Positions 26,715-62,938 of a DNA stretch of 64,000 nucleotides are shown here, piece after piece. Position 1 is the stretch's first letter. Each line of letters opens with the position of its first letter. The notes under the pieces are model-generated. The model did not search any database. It had not been told where the DNA came from and saw only the letters and a list, made by a program, of their open reading frames with translations. The translations under genes and the position numbers were made by a program. Source of the DNA: the human T2T-CHM13v2.0 reference genome, Homo sapiens; assembly GCF_009914755.1 (NCBI RefSeq), contig NC_060927.1. The stretch is one strand, 5' to 3'.

Positions 26715-27050
26715 TTGGTGTTTTTGTTTCGTGGCTTATAATAACAGAAATTTATTCTCTCAGTTCAGGAGGCCAGAAGTAAGAAAAAAATCGAGATGTT
26801 GGCAGGGTTGGTTCCTTCTGCAGGTTCCAAGGGGAGAATCTGTTCAATGGTCCCTGCTATCTTCTAGTGGTTGCCAGCAACCCTTGGCATTCTTTGTCTT
26901 GTGAACACATCACTCCAGTTTTTGCCTCCATATTCACATTGCCTCCTTCTGTGTGTGTGTCTCTATCTCTTATAAAGAGAGACTCATTGGATTTAGGGAC
27001 CACCATAATCCGGTATGATCTCATCTCAATCTCTACCTTAATCACATTTC
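26715..27050 (-). mobile_element. MLT1 (B/C/D-like) MaLR LTR fragment
   Basis: aacagaaatttattctctcagttc.ggaggccagaagt...ggcagggttggttccttct. Confidence 0.75.
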
Positions 27051-27427
27051 CATTGAGTTAATTAAGTAATTAAGTTGATAGGAGAACTGGCATCTTATTC
27101 TATCCTTTAGTTTTGGACTCTTTAGGATTCAGAACAAGTTGAGGTTTGTTAGCTCTTTCCCCCACCTGCTACAGGGTCCCCTTTTTGTAGCTTCTTGGCA
27201 CCCAGACTGTGCAATGTGTCCTCATGAGAAGGGAAGAGTCTTTGGCATCACAGAGACCCAGGTGCCAATCCCAGTGCTGCCTCTTAGTTCTGCCTACAAA
27301 ACCCTGCAGAGTGGAAAGAAAGTCTTGCTGTGAACTGGTGTGCCAGACACATGGGGTTCACAAGACAGGGCACAGCAGTCCTTCCTGGTTCCAGAAACCA
27401 ACCTGATTGTGTATCTGAGAGTTCCTT

Positions 27428-27840
27428 TATTAGTTATTGATTGCTTTGTAACAGATTACCCCAAGACTTAGTAGTTTGAAATAACACAAATATTTATTAT
27501 TTTACAGTCCTCTGGGTCCAGAATTTAAGAGTAGCTTAGCTGGGCTGGAGAATCTTCTCTTAATGGTGGCTCACAGGCTGTGGGTGAGAAGTCTCAGTTG
27601 CTCTCCACATGTGCCTTTCCACAGGGCTGCTCGAATGTCCTCATGACCTAGTGGCTGGCTTCCTTCAGATCAAGTGGTCCAGAAGAGAGAGCAAGGAGAA
27701 AGCTATACCTCTTGTGACCTAGAGTTGGAAGTCACACACCATTACTTCTGCTGCCAGTCCACATTCAAGTGAAAGGAAATTAGTCTGCACCTTTTGAAGA
27801 AGCTGTGTCAAAGAATTTGCCAAAATATTTTAAAACCACC
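27428..27840 (-). mobile_element. MLT1 (F/G/H-like) MaLR LTR
   Basis: tattagttattgattgctttgtaacagattacccc...gagtagcttagctggg...ggaagtcacacacc. Confidence 0.65.
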
Positions 27841-28089
27841 TCAGCTCTCTTCTCCTCTAGGTCTCTATCCTCCTTCTCCACTGCTTCATCTACTTAAGTC
27901 TTATCACCACTCTGCTCCCCTCACCTCCTATCTCCCACCTCCAGGGTCTAGGATCTGTTAGAATGGTGTGTTTGTGGTAGTGGGGTGGTGGGTGCCAGAT
28001 TAGATCTTAGAAGTCCTAGGCAGCATTGGAGGGGGCTTTAGTTCCTTCTAGTTTTAAAACTTAAATGTACTTAAGTTTTAAAACTTAAG

Positions 28090-28410
28090 GGTGTGGTGAC
28101 TCGCGCCTGTAATCCCAGCACTTTAGGAGGCCAAGGCGGGTGGATCACCTGAGGTCAGGAGTTTGAGACCAGCCTGATCAACATGGTGAAACCCCATCTC
28201 TACCAAAAATGCAAAAATACAAAAATACAAAAAAAAAAAATTAGCTGAGTGTAGTGGTGCAGGCCTGTAATCTCAGCTACTTGGGAGGCTGAGGCAGGAG
28301 AATTGCTTGAATCAGAGAGACAGGTTGCAGTGAGCTGAGATCATGCCATTGCACTCCAGCCTGGGCGACAAGAATGAAACTCTGTATCAAAAACAAACAA
28401 ACAAACAAAC
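28090..28410 (+). mobile_element. AluS (Sq/Sp-like)
   Basis: Alu dimer with an (AAAC)n tail; TSD aaacttaaatgt at 28057-28068 and 28411-28422. Confidence 0.92.
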
Positions 28411-29579
28411 AAACTTAAATGTCTACAGGAAAATTCTCTGGTTAACACTGAGACTACCTCCTGTTATATAACCTCAATGCTCACAAAAATCTCTTATTCT
28501 GTAGTTCAAATAAAAGATGAATGAGGAAAGAAAAAAATGGGTTAGGAAGAAAGAATATCTTATTTTGACATATATAAGTGCATACTTTTAACCAATTTTA
28601 TTAACTTCTCAGAGATTCAATTTATTTATCAAGAAGATGGGGATAATAATATTTATCTCACAAGACTGTTATGTTAGGACTATTTTAGTTGCAAATAATA
28701 GAACCCCAACTCATACTAGTTAAGGGTTGGGTTTGCTTATTGACTTATAAGTAAAAAGTACAGGGTTAGGACTGACTTCAGGAAGGACTGACTCCTGCTG
28801 CTTAAATAAGGAAGCACCTCTTCATCTCTTGTGCCCTGCTGTCCTCCATGTTGGCCTCAGGAACAGAGGTGCAACAAGCAAATTGGCAGTGGTCCACTAC
28901 ACTCATGGTGAAGATCGAAGGATATAAAGGAAATAAACTGCCCTGCACTTTTGATGGGAATTTTTTTCTGGATTCTTCTGCTTTCCCATCTCTCTCTCTC
29001 TCTATATGTGATCATTCAATAAGTCCTTTGGATTCTCCCTTAGCATTGCTGCTTGCAAACACCCCTCCTCTCCATTCCACTGCCTTGATGTAGCCTCCTA
29101 CCGCCACTCCTGGACTACTGGGGCACCTGAACCTGAATCTGGCTCCAGATGATCCATTATTCCCACACACCTCTGAACAGCCCCTTGGCTACAGAGGTCC
29201 ATGTGGATGGTTTATGCCAGAGAAAGCTGGCTGCAGATGGGTGGTAGAGCAAGCTAGCTGAGATGGAGTGGAGATGTATTGTAGTCATGGTGCTGGCACC
29301 ACATTTCCCAGTGCAGCCCTAGAAACCAGAGCACCTGTGAGCTGAGGGAGACCAGATGGCCAGAGTGCACTGCAGCTTCTCAGCTTCCACTCACAAGCAG
29401 CTTCACCCTCCATCTTCCCTTCCAGGAGAAGTGATTGCTTTCTGTACTTTGATCTACAGTGGAAAGTGCCTGCCTAACCCTGCCAACCAGCTCTGCAAGG
29501 GGATTCACAGTGAAGCCAGATGGAGTTTGATTTTGTTCAGGCTTATTTATTTTAAATTTTATTTATTTTAATTTGCTTT

Positions 29580-30310
29580 TAAAAAAGTTTTTAATCATGA
29601 AATATTTCAAACATCTATAGAAGCAGCCAAGATAGTTGAATGAATTCCATATACCCATCACCCAGCTTCAAAATTTATCAACTCATGGCAAGTCTCATTT
29701 CAACTCCATTCCTGCTATTATTTTCCTCCTCAGTTATCTTGAAACAAATCCCAGACATTATGCCCTTTTACCCATAAATATTTTAGCATATATTTCTAAA
29801 AGAGAACTTTTAACATACATGACCTTAATGCCATTGTCACACCTGAAAATTTAGCAGTACAGTATTTTTGGTAATATCAAATATCCAATCAGTTTACAAA
29901 TTTCCCTAATTACCTTTTTAAAGTTTATTTTGTTTTTACAGTTTATTTGTTCAAATTAGCCTTCAAATACAGGCCATGTAGTACAATGGATTGATATGTC
30001 TCCTGAATCTCCTTTAGTCTGTGGGTTCCTTCTTGGTTTCTTTTTTGTTCCTTGCAATTTATTTCAAGAAGAAACCAGTCTTCTGTAGAATTTCTCTCAG
30101 TCTACATTTTACTGATTGCATCCCTATAATGTCCTTTAATTTGTCCCTCTATCTCTGCATTTTCTGTAAATTTGTAGCTAGATCCAAAGTCTTGATCAGG
30201 TTCAGAGTTGACCTCTTGGCAGACCACGTCATAGGTGCTGTGTTGTAGGAGGCACAAGCACCTCCTGGTTGCCTCTCTATTTTATGATATCACTGCCTTG
30301 ATTCATTCAT
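29580..30310 (-). mobile_element. L1MC-like 3' end fragment
   Basis: atgaaatatttcaaacat...tacccatcacccagcttca...atcaactcatggc; the same family recurs at about 63810-64000. Confidence 0.65.
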
Positions 30311-30508
30311 TCATTAGGAGGTATTAGCTTTTTCTTAATTATAAAGAGAATATATTCTCATTTTAAAATGACTTAAATCATATAACATGATATAAAATGA
30401 AAAGTAAAAGTCAAGTGTCATGCTTTTCCTCCTGGCCCTCTAAGTTCCACACTTCAGAGCTAAACATGTTTACAAGTGATCATGTATTTGAAGTAATTTA
30501 AAAAATTG

Positions 30509-30811
<303 letters not shown>

Positions 30812-33688
30812 TTACTTCAAGAAGGTGAGAGGGTATGTATGGCAGAGATATGCTAAGTGTAGCCTCCCCACCCCACAAACTCACATGATTATGTATAAAA
30901 CAAAGCTATTATATGTATAAGACTCATATAATAAAAGTATAAGTGTATATTATATATAATATTATATTTATATAAACATTATAGAAAAAAATAGCAATAC
31001 AAGACAACCATCTTGGGAAATCTCAAGAGGTACGTGATAATTACCAAATTAGTGGCTATTTTAGAAAATATTCTTATAGTTTAAAGTAACAAAATTCTAC
31101 TGGCTTAAGCCTGAAAGAGAAATGTGATATGAAGCTACAGGAATAAGTCTTAAGGTCTTCCAGTGGGAAGTGTCACTTGGCCTGACAAAGGATTATTGTG
31201 TCCACAATATATTTGCTTTATTTTTCTCTCTGCAGACCAGCTTTTTCTGCCTTGGTATACACAGGTCAACAGAACACTCCTTTCCCCTCCTGCCCCACCA
31301 AAACTCAGGCTCTGGATCCTCAATTTGAGCAACAACAGAGACTCACCAGCATCTCTGAATTCTCATTCCAGATTTCCAGGGGAGAGCTGTTTGGTGTCAT
31401 GAGTCAGGTGTCTATCTAACCTGGTCAATCAGCTATGGCTGTGGGCCAGGCTGGAAAGAACAGACATGGCAGCAGCTTCCTCTCCTGCCTGGCACCATGG
31501 GTACGAGAGGCTGGTCTCAGGGAAGAGAAGAGGGCTATGAGATAGGCAGATACCCATCAAAAGGTGTGGCAGTCAGTGTGCTTTATTGCAAACAGAACGC
31601 ACTATAGCTCAAGTGGAAAAGGAATTACAGAATTTTAGGTATCCCACAGATCTCTAGGATCAAGCCTAAAGGCTATGCATCAGGGAGCAATACACAATCT
31701 ACACTGCAGTACTACTCAGTGTCCACCGCCAATGTAGATAATGCCCATGACACTGGACAGCAGGAACCAGAAGCTCTACCACTGGTGCTGTCCCAAAGCC
31801 ATTCCTCTGCTGCCACCATTTCCAAAGGATCAAATCCATATAATCTACCTTCCTCACATGGCTCTCTTTCCAAATCTCTTCACTGGGGTGCATCTAATTA
31901 GGGGAACCTCAGCCTTATGCCTGAAGCATGGTTGCAAGATCAGCTGAAAAAGTGAGTTCATCCTGCTGTTAATACCTAGGAGAGATGGAATTCCTAGCTG
32001 GGTGGAAGGAAATTCCCCAAACACGGGAGAGTTGTTCAAAAGATGGTGGGCAGCCACAAACAAGACCAATGACTACTAGATGTGTCTAAGATGGTAAGAC
32101 TGAGTTAAATGTTAGGAGCTCAAACAGGGCCTCCAATGGGGAATGCAGTGTTGAAGGCAGGGACTATTTGGCCCAGATATCACATTCATGAAAGACTTTG
32201 CAACTTTTGATATTATCTCCAAATGAAATTACACACAAAGGTTGAAGAGAGACAGCGATGGGACAGAATGAAGTTGTTCTCCGCCTGTAAACTGTGCATG
32301 ATGATTGGACCAGACTGCCCCAGTTACACTATGAATTCATAAATTTTATAAGTCCCATGCTTATTTTGGAACTAGCACCACCTAATTATGTTACATTGTA
32401 TTTAATTTGTTATATGTAATCACTTAAAATAATCTTCAACTTTTGTAATTCTGATCTAGTATTTCTTTATTGGGGGCACCTGTTTCAGAAAGTAGAAGTG
32501 GCCAGGATCACCTTTGAGAGGCTCAGCGCTCAAACAAGGGGGATCTTGTGGGCTGTTGGTTGTCTCTGAAGGACTGGTAGGGTTTATTTTGATAATTGGA
32601 GGGGGGATAGGAAATGTCATTATTAAGTGTCCCTCTCAGAGTGAATCAAATATATATGTGTATATATATATACATGCAGTGTTGGCATGGATAGGGAACA
32701 GCTAGGAGAGTTACACAGGTGCAATCGCAGTGTTGAGCTGTTTAATTTGCTCCTGAAAGGAGCAATAGTCGTGCCCTGGTTAATTGAGACAGAAGTTATA
32801 CATTAGGGCTTCCAGAGAGGCCCTTGGGGTTCAATTTGCCATGTTTTTCTTGTGGAAAGATTTTGGAGGTTGCCCAGGGAATATTTTAGGAGTCTTGGGA
32901 GTTTAGGGTCCGAAGTCTGTCCTCCCACCAGCTCTGTGATTTCGGGTCATGGTGTCTGTGCATCAGAAGCTCCAATGTCCTGACTAGTATCTTGTGTGTG
33001 TGTGTAGAGAGAGGGGTGGCAGACAACCTGCAGCTGGGTTTGCATCCTCAGGAGGTAAAAGCCCTGTCCTAGCCCCTCTCCTTGCTACTGAGACAGTGTC
33101 TGGGGGCTTCCCGCCCTAGCCAGGCTACCCACTAATCTCCCTCCTCAATTTCTATTAAATGCTTCCCTGGCTCTCCCTGGGTTTCAGTTTCTATCCATGC
33201 CCTGTGAGCAAAAAGTCATGTGGATTCCACTCCTGAGGTGCCTCTCAGGCCCATTTAAAAAAAAAAAGAAGAAAAAACCCCACATGTAAATCGGCTTGTT
33301 ATATACCAGACACTGTTCAAATCTCTTTGCAAATAAAATATATCTACTCTAAGTTGCTTACATGTATTAGATTCATTTAATCCTTACAAAACATCTATGA
33401 GTAGTAGTTAGCCTCAATTTACAGATGAATAAACTGAGGCACAGAGAGTTTGCATGACTTGCCTTAACTTCACAGAACTAGGAAGTGGCAGAGCTGGGAT
33501 TTTAACCCCGGCCCTGTGCCTCCAGAGCTTGGACACTCAACCACTTCACGCTCTGCCTTTCCTCACTGAGGGCCTGTTACTGCGCTGGGCTCAGCTTCAG
33601 TGCATCCTGCCAGAGTTACTTCACATGACAGTCCTACTTTTTAAAAACTTGCAGTTATGTAATGTATATATATTAATAAAGATTCAGA

Positions 33689-34027
<339 letters not shown>

Positions 34028-35225
34028 TCAAAAATGTCAAAAATCCTGTACTTTTCAAGGTGGCAGGCCCAGGGAATTGTCAGATGTGGTTAACTCTACT
34101 TCCACAGCCTAGAGGTACCAGGTAAGCTGATAAATACACAACCTCCATCCTTTGTCAGTCCTCGTGGGCATCACAGCCATGCTTTGGAAATTCACAGAGT
34201 TATTTCTTTATTAATGCCCAGTTATGTTATCAGGTGCTGTTAGAATTGAAAATCTTTTTTTATATCCTATAACAATGGCATCCAAGTGCTGGTTAAGTGT
34301 GGAACTTGCAGTAGTGTTCCAAAAATGGAGCGAACATCAGTAGCTTTGGACCAGAGGTGAGAGGTGCTAACATGCCACCAAGAAGCCCGAACGACCCCCG
34401 TGATGCATGCTGCCACCAACTTAGGAGCAAGCCCTCTGCAAATTTTGGATAGTGCTGAGAAAATGAAAAGCAGCATTAAAGCCAAAAGTCTGTTTCTGTG
34501 GTTATAGATTTATGTAAAATAGGAAACATTCCTCTTACTTTACATGTATTTCTTTGGGAAGATTAATCTCATATGAAGTGAATTTCGAATTAAATGTGAC
34601 TGTCCTGTGCTAACTGGTATTCCTCACTCTTTTTTTTTTCTTACTACCAAGAGAATGGCTGCCTGATTAATTCTGCTCAGAGGATGATCATGTCACTTTT
34701 CTGCTCAAAAACCTCCTGTGGCTCCCCACTGCCCACTAAGATCAGTCCCAGTATTCAAGCTGTTCAATCAGCGTGGGACTGAATCTTCCCATGGGACCAG
34801 AGGTTCCTGAGGGTAGGGCCACAACTCCTACATTCCGTGCACACTTAGGCTAACAAGGCCGTAATTTTGAGTCCTCCATCAGAACTTAACTGTTGGGTGA
34901 GGCTTTTATGCATTGGGGGTGGAGGTGTGATGGAAGTTGCAATACCTGGGATGGGATGGGAACTTGCGGTGTTTCAAACATTTCTGCATGCCCAAGAAGA
35001 TTAGTGCCTGGCACATAATAGATCTTCATTAAATATGTGTGTGATGAATGAATGGTCTTTATAAGACTCTTTACCTTTGAGTTTTCCAACCTCAGGAACA
35101 GAGACCAGGGCCACAACGGTGCAGGGGTCTACAGAATATTATGCAATTTTGAGTTTTCATTTCCTTGTCTAGGCTAGGGAAATGATTCCTATAATAAAAA
35201 AAAGCATTTCTTACATTTGTGTGAG

Positions 35226-35456
35226 GCAGGGTTTCTCAATGTCACGACTATTGACATTTTGGGTGGGATAATTATTTGTTGTGAGAGCTTTCCTGTGCAT
35301 AATAGGATGTTTAGCAGTATCCGTAGCCACTAACCAATAGATGCTAATAGTGCCCTGCACCCAAGTTGTGAAATAAAGTGTGTCTCCAGATATCGCTAAA
35401 TATCTCTAACCCTGGGGGTGGAATGAGCACTGACTGACCCCCCAGTTGAGAACCCT
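35226..35456 (+). mobile_element. MER20 hAT DNA transposon
   Basis: cagggtttctcaa...ctattgacattttggg...aggatgtttagcag...ttgagaacc. Confidence 0.8.
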
Positions 35457-35469
35457 GAAACTGGTCTAG

Positions 35470-35950
<481 letters not shown>

Positions 35951-36879
35951 GTCCAGTGCTTTGCAGGTTACAAGTTTCACAACCCACCTGTGCAGTAGGT
36001 GAGGCAGGTTCGTTTTGTGGTTTTCTGACTGGAGAAGTGAAGTCCAGAGGAGTGTGGTGTTGCCCTGTGAGTGCTGAAGTTGGGATTTTTACTCAGCTGT
36101 TCTGACTCCTAACTCTTGTCAAGGAGTAGGGCATAGTCTGGGCATATTGTCAGATTCACAAAGGGAGTCCTCCATGTGTCTTCTCTTTTCCAATTGTTTT
36201 CCCTATCCACGATCTCTCACATCCTCACTCCTGTTTGTGTTTCTTTATGCAAAGGTGCAGCTAGCAATCTCCTACACTTTAGTGTGAACGTGAGGCTGCT
36301 CTGTCTCTTTTAGGGGGAATTGCAAGTTCTGCTTCATCTACAACAGTGAAAAGAAAGGGCTGATACCAGCCCGTAGATGGGGTGGATGGTCTGAGGGTGG
36401 TGACATCTCATGACATCTCTGAAATTAAATCCAATAGGTAATTACTTATGTTTAAGTAATTTTATGCTTTGGGCTTAAAATTCTGTCCAGTTCCATTTCA
36501 TTCACAAATAATGATGAAGCATCTCCTTGGTGTACTGTGCAGTTATATAGACATTCTCTGTTGGTTGGATCTCTAGGGTGGAAGGTATCTTCTCCTGCTT
36601 TTGTGGCACTCACTATACTTTGGCCACAATTAGATACATAACATGGTAGCTACTTGATACACAAATGATTGAATGTCAGGCCACTCTCCCACCTCCCATT
36701 CTAGACCCAAGCCTGTGCCTCTGGAGAGAAACACGGTGCAATTTCAGGACATGTGGCTGAATTTATCCACTCTGCCCATGGGTGGCACTAGGAGAAGCTG
36801 GCCTCAGAAGCCCTGGAGAAAAAGTGAGCACAGTGGGCAGTGAAACTTCCCCCAAACAGACGTTTTGAACACAGATCAC

Positions 36880-36885
36880 TTTATT
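36880..36885 (-). terminator. RBP1: RBP1 polyadenylation signal AATAAA
   Basis: tttatt on the plus strand, about 165 nt after the stop codon, followed on the minus strand by GT-rich sequence (GTCTGTTTGGGG). Confidence 0.85.
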
Positions 36886-37051
36886 GGCATGGCTTTGTTT
36901 TAAGAAAAGGAAAAGTGACAAAGCCAAGAGACAGACTCTGCTAACAGATGCCTGGGGGTGGCTGGACATTTTTGCCTCATGCTGTGCAAAGAGGGGGATC
37001 CTGGCCCACACATCCTGCTGATTCCTTGGGACAAGGTTGTCTGCCTGGGCC

Positions 37052-58961
<21,910 letters not shown>

Positions 58962-59147
58962 TTCGGGGAGTGACTGGAGCCAGTTGGCCACAAGCGGGCG
59001 GGACGGCTGGAGACTGCCGGGACAGCGGCTGCCGGTGCTACGCGGGTGGTGGGCGGCCCGGAAATGAGCGCCCTCCGGGGACAGGGGGCTCTGCAGGGCG
59101 GCGACAGCTGGATTCCCAGCGCGCACAAAGCCTGCGGGAGGATCCAT
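58962..59147 (-). CDS. RBP1: In-frame 62-codon N-terminal extension of RBP1 (197-aa isoform, MDPPAGFV...QSLPE)
   Basis: ORF 58830..59147 is open and in frame with MPVDFTG. The upstream ATG has a strong Kozak context (ACAATGG). Translation cannot be shown from sequence. Confidence 0.6.
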
Positions 59148-59494
59148 TGTAGCGGTCGCTCCTCCCCGCTTAGCGAGGGCGGGCGCAGGGGCGGGGGATG
59201 TCGAAGGGTCAGGTTTGTCCAGGCCGCGCCACCTTCGTTTCAGACGTTCAGTTCGTTTCCCCTACAAAGGAAGAGGAGACCGGAGACGGGACGTTTGCTT
59301 TGTTGGCCGAACTCTTCGGCTGCTGGGGATTTCCTTCAAACGCCATTAACTTCTCACACTCAGCAGCCACTCGGGAGTTGGGAAACAATCTCCTGGGGTT
59401 TGTGCTGGCGTGATTAAGGAAAGAGGCCACTTACAGGCCTTTGTCTAAAGCCTCGCGCCGGTGGTGGCTGGGGTCAGGAAAGCTGGGAGGTTCA

Positions 59495-59924
<430 letters not shown>

Positions 59925-60290
59925 TCAACTTTGAGATCCACTGCTGCTTTATGCAAATGTAAGCAATATACTGTTTATTAATGTTTCCTCCCGTTTCACC
60001 TAATGGCAGCACTGTACTCCACGGTGTTCTGGACTTTGCTTTATTCACTTAATATATTCTGGAGACTTTTCCATAGCTGTACATAGAAAGTATCCCCATT
60101 ATTTTACGGAGTATTCCATTGCTTATCCAGCTTGTCCCCTGATGGACAAACTATATTGTTTCTGATCTTTCACTATTAAAAGCAGTACTGCAATGAAAAT
60201 CTTTGATCACATCTCCTTTGTCACCTGCGTGGGTATGTCATTGTGGTTTAACTGCATTTGCCACCAAGTAGATGACATAATCACATGGGC

Positions 60291-60304
60291 TGACTTTTTG
60301 ACCC
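60291..60304 (-). promoter_or_regulatory. DR2 retinoic acid response element (GGGTCA aa AAGTCA)
   Basis: Plus strand tgactttttgaccc, 1.3 kb upstream of the RBP1 ATG. Sequence and position match the rodent Crbp1 DR2 RARE (AGGTCAaaA(A/G)GTCA, about -1 kb). Confidence 0.8.
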
Positions 60305-60536
60305 TCTTTTTGACTACCTCTTTTAAATCGCTTTTTGCACAAATCACAGCCTAAGTGACAGCAGATAACATTTTCTTCCCCTCTAGCACCACCTTCCCCA
60401 GGGTGCCTCCCTGGGGCTCACATGTGTTCTCACAGTGCAGGCTGAATTAGGAAAAGGAGCCTCTTCCTCAGGGTAGAGACAGCTTCCTCCCAGGCAGCAA
60501 CTTGGATTTCAGCGCTTCTCACCCTCTTTCCCTAGA

Positions 60537-60750
60537 CTAGGATTTGTTTCTTAATCTCTGTGCTACTGACATTCTAGGCCACATAAGTCTTTGTTACAGG
60601 AGCCTGTCCTGTGTACTGTAGGATATTTAGTGGCATCCCTGGCCTCTACCCATTAGATCCCAGTGGCACCCAGACACAAAGATGTCGCCAGACATTGTCA
60701 AAGGCACTGGGGTGTGGGTGCTGGGTAAACCAGCCCTGGTTGAGAGCCAG
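60537..60750 (+). mobile_element. MER20-like element
   Basis: ctactgacattct.ggcc...tgtaggatatttagtggcatccctggcctctacccattagat...ccagacattg...ttgagagcca. Confidence 0.75.
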
Positions 60751-62635
60751 CTCTAGGCCCTTGTTTCCCACTGCTTCTTTGTCTGGCTCTGGATGGTTAG
60801 GTCATCAGTTGTTCACACAAGCACTGGCTCTGTGTCCCTTCCTAGCCAGCCCAGGGCTCATCTTGGCTGGGCACTCAGGGCAACCTATCCCAGTCCTTCC
60901 AACCTGAAGGTGCAATAAGACACCTCGCAAGGATGGATGGGGCCTGGCCCAGGTTCTGTAAGGCATCCCACCAGGGCCAGCCATGCTTTGGGCTTTCTTG
61001 TTATCCTGACTTACCAGAATGGAGCATTGGTCAAAGGCTTAAGCAGTGAACTGGCCATTCCTTGGTCACTTCCAACTAGTCTAAACTCTTCTCCCTGCTC
61101 TCTGATGCCTCCAGCCCAGCTAGCCGGATTTCTCATCCTCCCCAAACTTCTCCCTTTATGCTGAATCACCTGAGATGGTTTATGCCAAATGCTCAGCACA
61201 GTGCCTGGCACACAGCAGAGGCCAGTCTGTTCTGACTCCCTGCCATGCTTGGAATGGCCCTTTCGTGCTCGAGGCAGAGGCCTGCCCACCTCTCCAGTCC
61301 TTCTTGTCCATCCCAAAGAACCACAAGCTTGCCACTCCTCCCTCTTCTGACCACGTTGGATAACTTCTGCTCACCTGATCTCACTTTTCTGACCTGGTCA
61401 GCTGAACATATAGCACTTAATTCAGCTAGTTTCACTCAGTTTCTGTCTGTCCACCTCTTTGTCTAGTCTTCCAAATGGGTCAGTACGCTCCTGCCCTTCT
61501 GGGTCTCCTCCCAGGCACAGCCCCTGGTGGCTGTGCTATTTCTTGCAGCAAAGGGTAGGCTGCATGTGTAGGCTTTAGAGGCAGAATGCCTGTTCTTGCT
61601 AGCTGGGTCACTGTCTACCAGAGTGATTTGGGGTAAGATACTTGATCTCTTTGTGGCTTAGTCACCACATCTGTGAAATGGGGACACTCTGACTACCTCT
61701 CAGGGTGCTGAGAAGCAAAGGATGAGGAATCTACAGGGCGTGGCACTGAGTACTGTTCCAGATCCACTGCTGTTTGAGCCAGAGGGGCCCTAGAAGGGAG
61801 GGAAAAGACAAGGGAGAGCCTGGGTGCTGGTTTGTGCCCCTCTTCTGGGGCTTTAAGATCAGTCTAATGAGTTGAAATGGGAAATGCTCTTCAGAAGCAT
61901 CAGCTACCATCAAAGTTATCCTTCCTCAGCCCATGCTGTTGTGCTTGATTTAATCCATTTGGTTCTCGATTTGGAAACAAAAAGTATTTTTTGGAGCTCC
62001 TTTCTGTCTGGGTTAATCTTCCTTGGAATGTGTGAAGCAAAGAAAGAGTAACTGAACACAGTATGTAAAGAAGAAGGAGGGTGTCTGTGTGGGCTTGCAA
62101 TCAGTGAGGGCTCCCTGGACGGGGTGAGGCTCTAGCTGGAGCTTGAGGACAGCCAGGATCAGAGAGATGAGGAGGAGGAAGGATAGTCCAGGTGACCAAG
62201 GAGACAGGTGAGCAATGGAGTGCCAGAGTGCCAAAGCAACGGCCAACTTGTAAATGACTGAGAGAAAGAGATGTCAGTATACTCAGGCACCTCTAATGGG
62301 GTTCGCTTTATTCAATAGCTTTAAAGAAGAGCAGCAGAGATCTACAACCAATTCTTGGGGGCTCAAATTGCTCCCAAGGCCACAAAGAAGAGCCAGACCA
62401 GTGGGAAACCACCCTGGCCTGTGTATAGAGTGAGTTAGACAGGCACAAAGAACAATTTTATGTTGGGGAGGAGAGGAGACAGCCAAGGATCTCCAGCGTG
62501 AGCTCCTGAGTGAGGGAAGCTCAGGGACACTGCAGGCCCTTCCTGTGAGGATAGGAAGGAAATATGCCTTTTCATTTTTCAGCTGATCAGTCAACTCCAC
62601 AGGAACAAACCAGAGCTCAGAAAAATATGTCCATG

Positions 62636-62938
62636 GGCCGGGCATGGTGGGTCACCCCTGTAATCCCAGCACTTTGGGAGGCCGAGGTGGGCAGATCACT
62701 TGAGTTCAGGAGTTTGAGACCAGCCTGGCCAATATGATGAAACCCCGTCTTTACTAAAAATACAAAAATTAGGCAGGTGTGGTGGCACACACCTGTAGTT
62801 CCAGCTACTTGGGAGGCTGGACAGGATAATTGCTTGAACCTGGGAAGCCGAGATTGTGGTGAGCCGAGATTGTGCCATTGCACTCCAGCCTGGGTATCAC
62901 AGTGAAACTCCATCTCAAAAAAGAAAAAGAAAAAAGAA
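62636..62938 (+). mobile_element. Alu (S/Jb-like)
   Basis: Alu dimer; TSD aaaaata(t/g)gtccatg. Confidence 0.92.
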
